A stretch of 64,000 nucleotides of DNA from Chiloscyllium plagiosum (GCF_004010195.1 NC_057720.1:31662831-31726830), one strand, 5' to 3'; shown: positions 38,440 through 51,480, counted from the stretch's first letter. Notes: generated by a model from the sequence alone, not told the origin. Numbers and translations: made by a program.

Positions 38440-40050
38440 ACTGTAAGATCATAAGACATTGGAGCAGAAGTAGCCCATTCAGCTCATTGAATCTACTCCA
38501 CCAGTCAGTGATATTATGGCTAAGGTGGTGATAAATGAGGTGATGGCCTAATGGTATTATCACTAGACTGTTAATCTAGAAACCTAGGTAATGGGTCCAG
38601 AATTCTGGCACAGTAGTTGGCTGAATTTGAGTTCAATAAAAAATCTGAAATGAAGAATCTAATGATGACTATGATTGATTGTTGGAAAAATTAATTTGTT
38701 CACAAATGTCCTTTAAAGAAGGAAACTGCCATTCTTACCTCGTCTGGCCTAGATCTAGATCTGTGACTCTAGATCTACAGCAATGTGGTGACTCTTAAAC
38801 TCAGGGATGGACAACAAATGCTGGCTTCACCAGCAATGTCCTCAACCCATCAATGAATTTAAAAGAAACCCTTAACTCAACTTTCTTTTCTTTCCCCAAT
38901 GAAAGCATTCTCTTACTGATTAAAAATCTATCTATAATCTGTCTGTTTTAAATATACTTAATAATCCAGCCTCTGCGGTAAGAATTCCACGGATTCCTTA
39001 CCCTCTGAGAGAAGTTCCTTCTCATCTCTCTCTTAAATGGGTGACCCCTTATTCTGATATTATGTCCTTTGATCCCAGACTCTCACAAAAGGAGAAACCA
39101 CCTCTCTGCATTTACTTTGTCAAGTCCCTTAATAATCTTGCATATTTGAATAAAATAACCTCTCATTCTTCTAAACTCTAATGGGTACAGGCCTAATCTG
39201 CTCAATCTTTCCTCATATGACACTGCTTCCATATTCAGGATCAGCCAACTGAACCTTCCCTGGACAGTGTCCAATGCCAGTATATGTATCCCTAGGAAAG
39301 AGCTCAAAACTGTTTACTATATTCCAGCTGTGGTCTGATTCATGCCTTGTATAGTTTTAGCAAAACCCTCTTTTATACTTCATTCCCTTTGAAATATAGG
39401 CCAAGGTTTCATTTGCCTTCCCTATCACCTGCTGAACTTGATTGCTAGCTTTCTATGATTTGTGTACAAAGACTCCGAAATCACTGTGTTCTATAGCTTT
39501 CTGCAGTCTTTCTCTATTTAAATAATATTCAATTCCTCTCATCTTCCTGCCAAAGTGCATAACCTCACATTTTTCCACATTATATTCCAACTGCTCATGT
39601 TTTTATCCCCTTGTTTAACATGCCTATATTCCTGTACAGATTCTGTGTCATTCTCACCATTTGCTTTCCCACCTATTTCCATGTCATCTACAAACTTGAC
39701 AACACTTTGTTTATTTTCCTCACTTAAGTCATTAACAAATATTATAAATAATTGTGGCTTCAGCACTGAACCCTGTGGGACTCGTTTCGTTACAGGTTGC
39801 CATTCTGAAAAATTATTTTATGAAGCAGCATAGTACTTTATCAAACACATATTACATTGACTGCTTCCCCTTTATCTTTCTTAGCTCTTCAAAGAATTCT
39901 ATTAAATTTTATTTCCCCTTTGTGAACTCATGCTGACCCTGCTTGATCATATTATGTATTTGTAAATGCCCAGCTAGTGTGTCCTTTATGATAAACACTA
40001 ACATTTTTACGATAACAGAAGTTAAGCTAATTACAAGTCGTTAATTACCT
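38440..40050 (-). mobile_element. Old CR1 fragment with a tRNA-SINE inserted (38537-38865, +)
   Basis: KFVDD and SYEERLSRLGLYPLEFRRMRG remnants; the SINE matches 61211-61568. Confidence 0.75.
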
Positions 40051-40084
40051 GTTTGCTCTCCCTTTTCCTTTTTAAATTTCGACA

Positions 40085-41222
40085 ATTTGACATGAACATA
40101 GGAAGTATAGTTAGTACGTTTGCAGTCAACACACAAAATTGGAGGTGCGGTGGACAGCGAAGGTTACCTCAGATTACAACAGGATCTTGATCAAATGGAC
40201 CAGTGGGCTGAGGAGTGTCAGATGAAGCTTAATTTAGATAAATGTGAGGTGCTACATTTTGGGAAAGCAAATCTTAGCAGGACTTATACACTTAATGGTA
40301 AGGTTCTAGGGAGTGTTGCTGAACAGAGACCTTGGAGTGCAGGTTCATAGCTCCTTGAAAGTAGTCACAGGTAGATAGGATAGTGAAGAAGGCATTTGAT
40401 ATGCTTTCCTTTATTGGTCAGAGCATTGAGTACAAGAGTTGGGAGGTCATGTTGCAGCTGTGCAGGATATTGGTTAGGCCACTTTTGGAATATTGCATGC
40501 AATTCTGGTCTCCTCCCTATTGGAAGGATGTTGTGAAACTTGAAGAGGTTCAGAAAAGATTTACAAGGACGTTGCCAGGGTTGGAAGATTTGAGCTACAG
40601 GGAGAGGCTGAACAGAGTTTGGGAGAAGATTTGTAGCTCGGGTGCTCGTTTCTGTGGCAGGGACAGGCCACTATAAATGCCGGAGGAAACACCACAAAAG
40701 CGCTTCACAGGAGGCTCCCAAGCACTGAGGATGTCACCTAGACAGGGGACGAAAAGTTTGCAACAAGACTTCCAGCTTGGCGAACAGAACCACAGCAAGA
40801 AGCTGAACAGGCTGGAGCTGTTTTCCCTGGACTGTTGAAGGCTGAGAGGTGACCCCAGAGGTTTATAAAATCATGAGGGGCATGGATAGGATAAATAGAC
40901 AAAGTCTTTTCCCTGGGGTCGGGGAGTCCAGAACTAGAGGGGATAGATTTAGGTGAGAGGGGAAAGATATAAAAGGGACCTAAGGGGCAATTGTTTCATG
41001 CAGAGGGTGATGCGTGTGTGGAATGGGCTGCCAGAGGAAGTGGTGGAAGCTAGTACAATTGCAACATTTAAAAAGCAGCTGAATGGGTATATGAATAGGA
41101 AGGGTTTGGAAGGATATGGGCCAAGTGCTGGGAAATGGGACTAGATTAAGTTGGGGTATCTGGTCAGCAAGGATGAGTTGGACCAAAGGGTCTGTTTCCA
41201 TGCTGTACATCTCTATGACTCC
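40085..41222 (+). mobile_element. HER1-type CR1 3' fragment
   Basis: LQQDLD..KCEVLHFGKAN..RPLLEYC; tail ctatgact. Confidence 0.88.
40616..40801 (+). mobile_element. Penelope-derived insert with hammerhead motif (40722-40761)
   Basis: TSD GCTGAACAG at 40607 and 40802; GCA-CUGAGGA-U-GUCaCCU(AGAC)AGGgGAC-GAAA-AGUU-UGC. Confidence 0.75.
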
Positions 41223-41514
41223 AAATAAAGGTGTTGTATTTTAATCCCCTGGAGCTTTACCAGAATGTAAGGAATTTTGAAAGATTACTATCAGTGCATC
41301 CACTATCTTTGCATCTACCTCTATTAATATCCCAGAATGTATCCCACCAGACACAAGAGACCTGGTGGTCATGAGCCCCATTCGGTTCCCTCCCTGGGCC
41401 CTGATGTATTTCATCCCATAAACAAGGCAATAGATGCATTCATGTTAATTTTCCAAAATTCCTGAGACACAGGAAAGGCTCCACTGGACTTGAAAGTAGC
41501 AAATATAACTGCAT

Positions 41515-41839
41515 GGGCGGCATGGTGGCTCAGTGGTTACCACTGTTGCCTCACAGTGCCAGTGACCTGGGTTCGTTTCCTGCCTTGGGCAACTGTCTGC
41601 GTAGAGTTTGCACATTCTTCCCGTGTGTGTGGGTTTCCTCTGGGTGCACTGGTTTCCTCCCACAGTCCTACGATGTGCAGGTCTGGTGAATTGGCCATGC
41701 TAAATTGCCCATAGTGTTAGGTGCATTAGTCAGGGGTAAATGTCGTGTTGGGGAATGGGTTTGGGTGGGTTACCCTTTGGAGTGTCGGTGTGGACATGTT
41801 GGGCCAAAGGGCCCGTTTACACACTGTAGGTAATCTAAT
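41515..41839 (+). mobile_element. HE1-type V-SINE
   Basis: A/B boxes, V-domain and taatctaat tail. Confidence 0.85.
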
Positions 41840-42489
41840 AACTCCTCCATACAATCAGGAAGGCAGAAAACAGGACATTACATGCCAGTTAGTTTGATGA
41901 CTGCTTTGGTGAACATGTTAAAAATGATCGTTGAAGAGACTCTAGCTGTGCATTAAAAACAATCTCAGTAATCAGGAAAAGTCAGATGGAAATCATGTTG
42001 AACCAACTTATTGAGATTATTTGAAGGAGGGGCATGTGCTGTGGATAAAGAGCACCCAGTTGATGTTCTATTCTTGTATTTTCAGAAGTCATTTAATAGA
42101 GGGTCACATCAGAGGTTATTGTAGAAAATAAAAGCTCATGATATAAGTAGTAAGATATTAATATGGATAGAAGATTGGCTGGCTGCCAGGAAACAGAGAC
42201 TATACTTTTTTAAAGACAGAGATCGATAGACTCTTGTTGGGCAAGGGAGTCAAGAGTTATTGAGGTAGATGGGAATATGGAATTCAAAACAAAAATGGAT
42301 GAGCCTTGATGTTATTGAATGGTGCAGCAGACTGAGGGGCTCAATGGTCTATTTCTGCTCCTATTTCATATATTTAACAAAATATGTCTTTTCTTTTAGC
42401 AATACTCAAGTTCTGTGCTACCAAAAGACTATTTGTAAGTAATAGTAATTATCCATAATTCACAAAGGATCATTGAATATCATAATTTA

Positions 42490-43630
42490 TTTGCATTAAT
42501 TCACAGAATGTGGGTATTTCAATTAGTTGCCTGTGAGAAGGTGGTGTTGGCTCATTATCTTGAATTGTTGCAGTCCATGTGGTATGTGTACATCATGTTA
42601 ATTTTGGTTACATTGTTTTGGAACTTCAACACACTGATAATGAATGAATGATGACAATAATTGCAAGGCAGATGGGGTAACTCAGAGGAAACTTTGATAT
42701 GCTGGCATTATGGTTTCTGTTGCCTTTGTTCGTTTGAATTATAGAAATCATGGATATGGATGATGCAGTGAAAAGACATATGATGTCTTTCTGCAGTGCA
42801 TCTTCTAGTTAATACACGCTACTGACACTATGCCAGTGGAGTGTCGTTGATACAGGTTGTTGTCTTTTGGATAGTGGCGAGCTTCTTGAGTATTATTGTA
42901 TCAACACTCATCCAGATAAACAGATAGTATTTTATTACATTCCTGCTTGTGCCTTATAGATGATAGGCAAACTACAAGAAGTCAGGAGGTGAATCACTCT
43001 CTATAGAATGCCCAGTCTTTGGTCTGTTTCTGCAGCAACAATATTGATGTGGTTGGTCCACTTAGGATTCTGGTCACTGGACGCTCCCAGGATGTTGATG
43101 TTGGGTGATTTGATGAGAATGCTGTTGAATGTCAAGGGGAGGTGGTCATTGCATGACCTCCTCTATGATGCTAATTATACTTGCCACTTAACAGCCGTGG
43201 CCTGAATGCTGTTTGGGTCTTGCTAAAAATGTAGGCATGTTTCATTGTCTGAGGAGTTATGAATGAAGTGAAAATCTGCAAGCATCAACAATCACTCATA
43301 CCTGTGACCTAATACTGGAGAGAAAGTCATAAATGAAGAAGCCGTGATGTTTGAACTGGACACACTGTCCTTAAACCCCTGCTGTAATATCTGGGGAGAA
43401 GAATGATTGATTGGCAGCTACTACAACCATCATTCTCTGTGCTATATTTTTGCTGAAATGTTACCTTGACTCAGCCCACATTGATGTCAACAGCAAACAG
43501 TATCACAGAATTCAGATTTTTCTTTTGCCAATATTTGGCCCAAAACTGTAATGAGGTCTGAAATCAAGTGATCCTGGCAGAACCCAAACTGAGAATCAGC
43601 ATGCAGTACTTATGAGCACTGTTGATGACT
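42490..43630 (-). mobile_element. Old CR1/L2-group LINE (second family) 3' portion
   Basis: Homologous by eye to 44880-46550 and 51610-52125. Confidence 0.6.
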
Positions 43631-43679
43631 CCTATCTCCACTTCTTTACCACAAGACTCTGATCGGTTCGAGATTGTTA

Positions 43680-44498
43680 ATAGAGTCATACTGTCGTACA
43701 GGAAACAGACCCTTCGGTCCAACCAGTCCATGCCAACCATAAACTCAAACTAAACTAGTCCCATCTGCCTGCACTTGACCCATATCTCTCCACGTGTTTT
43801 TTGTTCATGTACTTATCTCATTGTAACTGTACCTACATCCCCTACTTCCTCTGGCAAACCACATCGTGTAAAAAAATTGCCCCCTTGTATTTTTAAAATC
43901 TTTTTCCTCTCACCTTAAAAGTATGCCCCCTCATCTTGAAATTCCAAAACCTAGGGAAAGACATCTGCAATTCACCTTATCTATATCCCTCATTATTTTA
44001 TAAACCTCCATAAGATCATTCCTCAACCTCCTATGCTCCAGTGAAAAATGTCCTAGCCTATCCAGCCTCTCTTATAACTCAAACCCTCCAGTCCTGGTAA
44101 CATCTGGTAAATCGTTTCCAAACCCTCTCCTTAATAATCCTTCCTATAACAGGGCAAGCAGAACTGGACATAATCCTTCAGAAGAGGCCTCGTCAACATC
44201 CTGTCCACCCTCAACATAATGTCCAAACAAAAGTCTGAGCAATGGAAGCAAGCGTGCTGAATGCCTTCCTAACCACCCTATCAATATGTGATGCAAACTT
44301 CAAAGGATTATGTACCTGAACCTACATCTCTCTGTTCTACAATATGACCCCAGGCCCACTTTTAATTGCATAAGTCCTGCTCTTGTATGTTTTGCCAAAA
44401 TGCAATACTTTGCATTTATCCAAAATTAAACTCCATCTGTCAGTCTTCAGCTCAGTAACCCAATTGATCAAGATCTCTTTGTAATCTTAGATAACCTT
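43680..44498 (-). mobile_element. HER1-related CR1 3' fragment
   Basis: tagagtcata tail; aaactccatctg/caagatctcttt RT remnants. Confidence 0.78.
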
Positions 44499-44879
44499 TG
44501 TTTAAAGAGAAATGTTTAACTGTTTAAAGAGAAATCCATACACCTTGTGTTAACCAATAGTACTATGCCACAAGGTTTCACTTTTTAACAAAACAAACTT
44601 TGTATATAAAAGAATTAAATAGCTTAGCAATATGGTGCATAAATACATATGTTATGCACTCATATTTACTACTTACATCCCTCTTATCAGAACTCTGATA
44701 GGACACATTAATCTTAAAGTTATTTACTTTTGTATGGCCCATCATAATTATGTTTCAATCCTCTGAAGAATTTTCCTTAGTTCCAGCTATCCTCAGAAGT
44801 AAAACTTCCACCTTATTCTGGTTACTTCTCGGCACTTCCAAACGTATCTGTTTGCTGCTTTCTTGAGCACAAGATTCTG

Positions 44880-46550
44880 CAGTGACCAGGGATAGAATGC
44901 TCCTCTGGTTGAAATCACACACTGCACAAAGGAAGGTTGTGGTGGTTGGTGGTCAACCGTTTTACCTCCAGGACATCACTGGAGGAGTTCCTCAGGGTAG
45001 TGTCCTAGGCCCACCATCTACAGTTGCTTCATCCAATTACCTTCCCTCTATCATAAGGTGAGAAGTGGGTATATTTGTTAATGTCCAGGACAATTTGTGA
45101 CACCTCAAGTATTGTATGCAGTAAGGCACGGACAATATTTGGGGCAACATGGTGACTCAGTGGCTAGCACTGCTGCCTCACAGCACCAGGGATCCAGGTT
45201 TGATTCCCACCTTGGGTGACTGTCTGTGTGGAGTTTGCACATTCTCCCTGTGTCTGTGTGGGTTTCCTCTGGATGCTCTGGCTTCCTCCCACAATCCAAA
45301 GATTTGCAGGTTAGGTGAAATGGCCATGCTAAATTGCCCATAGTGTTAAGTGCATTAGTCAGAGGCAAATGAGTCTGGGTGGGTTACTCTTCAGCGGGTT
45401 GGTGTGGGGTTGTTGGGCTGAATGGCTTGTTTCCATACTGTAAATAATCTAATCTAAATATCTAGATATGGGATGTGAAGTGGCAAGTAACATACATGAC
45501 ACACAGTACCAGGCGATGACTATCTTCAACAAAAGAATATTTAACCATCGCACCTTGATATTCAACGGCATTGCCCTTGCTGAATCCCCCACTATCACCA
45601 CCTTGGGGATTACCATTGATCAGACATTGAACTGGACTAACCATATAAGTGTTGTGGCTACACAGCATGTCAGAGACTAGGAATTATGTAGTGAATAGTT
45701 CAACTCCTGAATCCCCAAAGTCTGTTCACCATCTGCAAGGTTCAAGTCAGGAGTATGAAGGAGTACTCCCCACTGTCCTAGAAAAGTGCAGCTCAAACAA
45801 TGCTCATGAAGCTAAATAGTATCCAAGACAAAACAGCTTGCTTGATTTGCACTAAACCCACAAACATTAATTCCCTCCACCACTGATGCGCATTAGCAGC
45901 AGTGTGTGTAATTTAAAAGACGCACTGCAAAAGTTGACCAAGGTTTTTCACACACCACCTTCCAAAGCCATGACCATTACCATCTGGCAAGACAGGGGCA
46001 GCTGATACATGAGAACACCACCATCTGCACATTCCCCTCCAAACCATTCACCATTCTGACTTGGAAATATATTGTCATTCCTTCACTGTCGCTGGGTCAA
46101 AATCCTGGAACTCCCTCCCAAATGGTACTGTGGCCCTACCTATTTCAAATGGATTGCTCTGGTTCATGAAGAGAGCTCACCACCTCCTGTTCAAGTCAAA
46201 ATTAGAGTGGTGCTGAAAAAGCACAGCAGGTCAGGCAGCATCCGAGGAGCAGGAACACCACCTGTTCAAGGACCCGTGTCTGCGTGGGTTTCCTCCGGGT
46301 GCTCCGGTTTCCTCCCACAGTCCAAAGATGTGCAGGTCAGTTGAATTGGCCATGCTAAATTGCCCGCAGTGTTAGGTAAGGGGTAAATGTAGGGGTATGG
46401 GTGGGTTGCGCTTCGGCGGGTCGGTGTGGACTTGTTGGGCCGAAGGGCCTGTTTCCACACTGTAAGTAATCTAATTTAAAAAAAAGGACAAGTAGGGATA
46501 AGAATCAATGCTGGCCCATCCAGCAATGTCCACACTCTATGAATTAATTT
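44880..46550 (+). mobile_element. CR1/L2-group LINE (second family) with V-SINEs at 45141-45457 and 46274-46483 and a Penelope piece at 46196-46255
   Basis: [10 protein letters not shown] motif near 44984; 3' end aatgctggcccatccagcaatgtccac..tgaattaa; TSDs around the inserts. Confidence 0.75.
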
Positions 46551-47964
46551 TAAAAAGCATTATAGATGTTATGCATGGATGTTTTTGAGACATAAAGTGT
46601 GTAGTGAGGCATAAAAATGGGAGGACTTCTGCATTGGGGTGAGTTCTTGCCTGCTCAGTACAAAAGTATATGTAGGTTAAACAGCAAATTTTACAGGCAG
46701 GAAATCCTGGCACCCATCAGGACCTTTCAGGCTCCAACAGCCGGCTGCCATAGTTAAAAGGCACCGAGATTGCACTTCAATCTCTGCAACCCAGGAGCAT
46801 CACTCCACCTCTGCACATCACCCTCACCCATCCCTGAAGATATCGGAGACCAAGCAAAAAATCTCACCATTTTGCCAAACCATGCACCATTGCTTATTCA
46901 GTGCTGCATGCTCCTAGCAGTAGGAGTTAGCATTGTAAGGTACCACTGCGGAAGACTGTCACATAGGATTTTGGGTCCCATGCATTTCCATTAGAATACT
47001 CAAGTTCAGTCAGTGTCTGCCACTTCATTGCAACTACCAATGTAGTACCACAGGCATCACAGTGGTATTACCTCTCACACATCTGTAGGATTCACACTTA
47101 AAGTATAAAGGTTACCACACTCAGGAGCACCCACACCATCCACTCAGAGGGAATCACAACCTAAAGAAGATACACATTTGATGGCATTTCATCAAAGGTT
47201 TGCATGGGACAAGGACAAGGACATTAACCACAATAGATAGTCTTTTGTGTTGAGCTCCCTTTTGAGTTCAGCTCTGCTTGCCTGCCCCAGTGAGGGTTGT
47301 CAGCATCAGCCAATATTGGCTTCCTTGCTTGGATAGACTTGTTGGTCTGGTCAAACTTCACCCTTAACATTGTTAGCATTTAACAATAACTACTAGATGA
47401 GACTTCACATGAGCTGATCAACACGGACAGGCTTCAGCTTTGAGTAAAGTATTTGAGCATAGAAATGACATAGAAATAAAGCAGTCAAGTAACTGAAGAA
47501 GCTTCTACTCACTACAGTTTGGAGCTACACACCTCATATATATATGATCGGGTTTTGTAAATGTTAGTGCTTCACATTTTTGACTAACCTAATTGTGCTT
47601 ATGAACCCAATTCCAGTGGGTTGGGAATGTTAATGAGTTTTCAGAAGACATTAATGATGAAAAAACAGGTTCCCAACCATGAAGGTCAGCAAAGGCAACC
47701 TGCCTTAAAGATCCTGAAAACTTAATAGCAAAATTTGAAACCTGCCTTTGGGAAATTGAATTTCTGACATGTTCCCACATTCTCCAGCACTAAAGTCACC
47801 CATTACCTATATTAAATACACTCAGCTGTTTCTTGCTATCATGTAGAGTGAATTGCTTTCGCTAAAGATTAGGATTTGTGATTTTGGGGACCTTAGGAGG
47901 ATCACAAGGAGATCATCCACTGGTGGAGGAAAAATGCCTATTTATATATACTGACCAATGACCA

Positions 47965-48293
47965 GGTGGTGGCTTAGTGGTTAGCACTGTTGCCTCAGAG
48001 TGCTAGGGACCAGCCTTTAATTCCATCCTCAGGCAACTGTCTGTATGGAGTTTGTGCATGCTCCCCATATCTGCGTGGGTTTTCTCTGGGTGCTCTGGTT
48101 TCCTCCCACAATCCAAAGATGTGCAGGTTAGGTGAATTGGCCATGCTAAATTACTCATAGTCTTCAGGGATGTGTAGGTTAGTTAGGGGTAAATGTGGAA
48201 TAGTAGAGGGATGAGTCTGGGTCAGCTACTCTTCAGAGGGTTGGTGTGGACTTGTTGGGTCAAATGGCCTGTTTCTACACTGAAGGGATTCTA
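47965..48293 (+). mobile_element. HE1-type V-SINE (older subfamily, ggattcta tail)
   Basis: A box and V-domain. Confidence 0.82.
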
Positions 48294-48334
48294 AGTAATA
48301 TGTTTCATGATGTTCATTGAGAAATGAATATATT

Positions 48335-48570
48335 TTTGGTGGCAGTGGTTGATTGATACATATTAGCCAAGACACTAGGAGAATGCTCCTGCTGTTTAAC
48401 AAATAGTGCAATGGGATCTTTTGCACATATCTGGGAGGGAAAACAGGGCCAAAGTTTAATGTCGCTCCCTCTGTTTTGCATTGAAATGTAAGCATATACT
48501 ATGTACTCAAGTGTTTAAGGTGGGGCTTGAATCCACAAACTTCTGAGTCGGAGTTGAGAGTGTTACCACA
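48335..48570 (-). mobile_element. Deu-domain SINE remnant
   Basis: The reverse strand reads tRNA head ..ggattcaagcccc.. then gatcccattgcactatttg..agcaggagcattctcctagtgtcttggctaatat (Deu core). Confidence 0.6.
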
Positions 48571-49369
48571 TACTGTATACAACAAAGGCTTGTTACTTGC
48601 ACTGCAATACAATGTGGCGAACTTGGGTTTGTTGTGTCATATTTCTATTCAATCAATGGTGTGATACATTAATAAGCAACAGATTGACATGTTTAATGGT
48701 ATGACTATATATATTTCATACTTTTCGACCTGACACCATGTTAGCTATGTGAAAGGGAGTCAGTTAGCTAAATGACTAGAATTTGGTGTGAAACAGTGAA
48801 CATACAGTGGCTATGGTAATTCACAGATACTTGTTTCCTCACCTTGTCTCCCTCACAATCTTCAAACTATACATATTCAATTGTCTCTTTTTTTTAAAAT
48901 GGAGAGCAGTGTCTATGGTCTTTTGTAGACAATGACCCCTTTTACTTGAGTGGGAATTGAAAGATTGCAGCTTTTCCAAAAGCTTTTCGGTTACATTGCA
49001 TGATCAATAGTTTGTTTGCACCCCTTCATTTCTGCACCTCTACACAAGCTATATTTCTGAGCACCCAACAGACATGCCAACTAGCCGGCTCCAGAGAGTA
49101 GTATTTGTGTTCTGGAGCACAGACAATTTTGTTGAAGTGTCCCATGGTTGACCTAGGGGAACTTTGTCAATGTGCTCAATTGTCAGGAATTGCAGCTTTC
49201 AGCATGAGATACCCCAGGCAAACAAAGTTGGTACAGTATAAGGGATGCAAGTTAGAATGTCTGAATAAGCAATCTCATTGTGCAGTAAAGGTTATTTGTG
49301 CTGGCCAGTGCTGACTCGCTCCTTGTGCGTTGATCTGCCCTTTTCAGGGACAATTTTTGATTTGTCATT

Positions 49370-50280
49370 GTGATTTGCATGTAACCAGATTTTGTTTTAG
49401 AAAAAAAACACAACCCACCACTATCAAAGCACTCCGTTCATAGACTGCAGGTGAAGATTTTACTTCCAAAGAATTTCTAAAGTGAAAGTGATTTTTCTTC
49501 ATTCCCTCAGAGATAGGATCAGTTAGTTCTCCCCTGTGCTTGGAATCAAATTTAGAGGCGAAATTGCTTGTTCTGGCAACAACCTAAATGTGGCGAACGT
49601 CCCATGGTACAACAATATACCTGCAGCAGCGTGAACCTCTTTGCAAACCAGCTCGAACAGATTTGCATAAGGATACAGTGCAAATAATGAACTTGTAGCA
49701 ACATCACTTCCTGCATCAGTAACTGCACGTCAAAAAGGTTTAATTTGACTGGAAGCCTCGAGGACGAAGGTGCAAATCTGGCAATGCTGAATCCATTCTT
49801 TCAAGAACACATAACCAGGAATCCGTTTCAATGGAAGCAAACTGGCTGCGGTATTTCCTAGTTCTTCTTGTTTGCTGTTGTGAGACGACAGGTCTGAGGC
49901 ATCCTGGGAACAGCTAATATTGTCAATACACACCACTCCCCTCGCTCTAACACCGGCCACAGGGAAAATGAAGGAAAACAACATCTGATTTCCAAAAAAA
50001 AAACTCTTTCCAGATTATCTCACTACTTAGTTTTAAACCACAAAGGACAAGGAAGTGCAAAGGGAGACCAACAAGTGCGGTTGCCTATTCATTTTAGACT
50101 GTGCCACCATCCCGATGAATTCCTGGTTATAATTTGCTACAATTTCACGCTCAATGAATCAAGCCCTTCCATTGATGGCAGCCCCTTGGGTTTATTATCA
50201 TGATAAAAGAAGCAATGTGGGCGGAGAATTCAAACTGTCAACAGAAAGGGCTACAGAAGACAGCGGTTTCCTGGACGACA
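49370..50280. promoter_or_regulatory. Candidate intronic haematopoietic-type enhancer
   Basis: Octamer ATTTGCAT at 49373 and 49661; ETS CACTTCCTG 49705 and AAGGAAGTG 50049; RUNX TGCGGT 49847 and 50076, AACCACA 50036; GATA TTATCT 50015; palindromic double GATA TTATCATGATAA 50195-50206. No recognisable transposon in the stretch. Confidence 0.4.
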
Positions 50281-51172
50281 GGATAAACACGCCTGGAGTG
50301 TAGTCCTTCCATCCTCCGAATGCTAATCTTAACTAAATAATATTTTGTTTCTAGATTAAAAACTAAACAACTAACAGCCAAGCGAAAACACCTTTGCAAT
50401 CCAGGGACAAAATAATAATAAAAACAGAGATCCGGCTTCTATTTTTGTAATCAATAGATTTTATAATTTAATGGTAGATTTATCGCTATTCTTTACAATA
50501 TTAATTATTTGACTCATTTCAAGTGAAGAGGCGGAGAGCAGAGCAGTTGACACGACAGAAAAAAAAAACTCAACAACTTTTCAACAGAACTTCCGAACTT
50601 GGAACAAAAAATAATTAATTTGAACTCGAATCTCGGTGGGTTGATTCAGATTGAGAAACTAGCTGGAAAGTGGGGGCTTGTCTTAGAGAAGTAAATCTGT
50701 TTCAGAATTTGTCTCAATGGGTAAAGTTATTCAGAACGGCCATATGATCTGACTCTGTATATTCTTCCACTGGACTTCCCCTCCATCCTCAGTCCGGTCC
50801 CTGCGTCCCCCACCCTTAAATCTAACACTTGGATAATCTGAGTGCAATGTAGTGGATTAAACACCCATTAAATCCAATGTACTTTGGAATATCACCCGAC
50901 AGTGAGGCGCTTTACTGTATATTCACCATTTGTGTTCACGTATTGGAGTAGTTACTACGTGAGAAAGTCCTCGCACTAGATTGTGAAAACCTGTAATGCA
51001 TTATACATTTATTTACTGACAAAACTCTTCTAATATGGTTACTTGTTCAAACATTCGTAAATGTTAAAAAGAAGGAAATTAATGCTCGACATTTATTATT
51101 AGTACGGTTTTATTAAAAAAAACATTCGATTTACGAAAAAGTTTTGTTTCCAAACTCAAGGTCACCACTTAC

Positions 51173-51179
51173 CTTTCAT
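51173..51179 (-). CDS. Coding part of exon 1 of the LRR-TM gene (ATG AAA G)
   Basis: The minus strand reads ggaggcATGAAAG|GTAAGT: a consensus donor with a purine at -3. It is phase 1, exactly matching the phase-1 acceptor at 33355 and giving MKGPRLWILL. It lies in transposon-free, relatively CpG-rich sequence. Confidence 0.75.
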
Positions 51180-51480
51180 GCCTCCGCCGGACTCTCCCAT
51201 TCCGAGTGAAAACAAGTTTAGACAGAAGTGAACTTGTTAAATATGTGTGTGAGTCCGGTTCTATGGGTTGCGGTTTCACATCCTGATTTAAATATATATT
51301 ACGATGCGTTTCCTGATCAATCGTTGTGGGTGTGTCGGTCAGGTGGTTGAAGAATAAAGGAGGGTCTACTTCAGTTACTTTCCTCTGTGCAAGTCATTTG
51401 AAAGTGACCAGGTAAGGGAATGGGGGGAAAAAACACACGACCAGAGTCTTTCACCACCTTCCCCCCGCCCACTAATCCGC
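51180..51480 (-). promoter_or_regulatory. Putative 5'UTR and proximal promoter of the LRR-TM gene
   Basis: RUNX TGCGGT 51269-51274; TATA-like tract 51287-51299; ETS cores (TTTCCTG 51309-51315, ACTTTCCTC 51377-51385); GC box CCCGCCC at about 51464-51470. Motif matches only. Confidence 0.5.
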
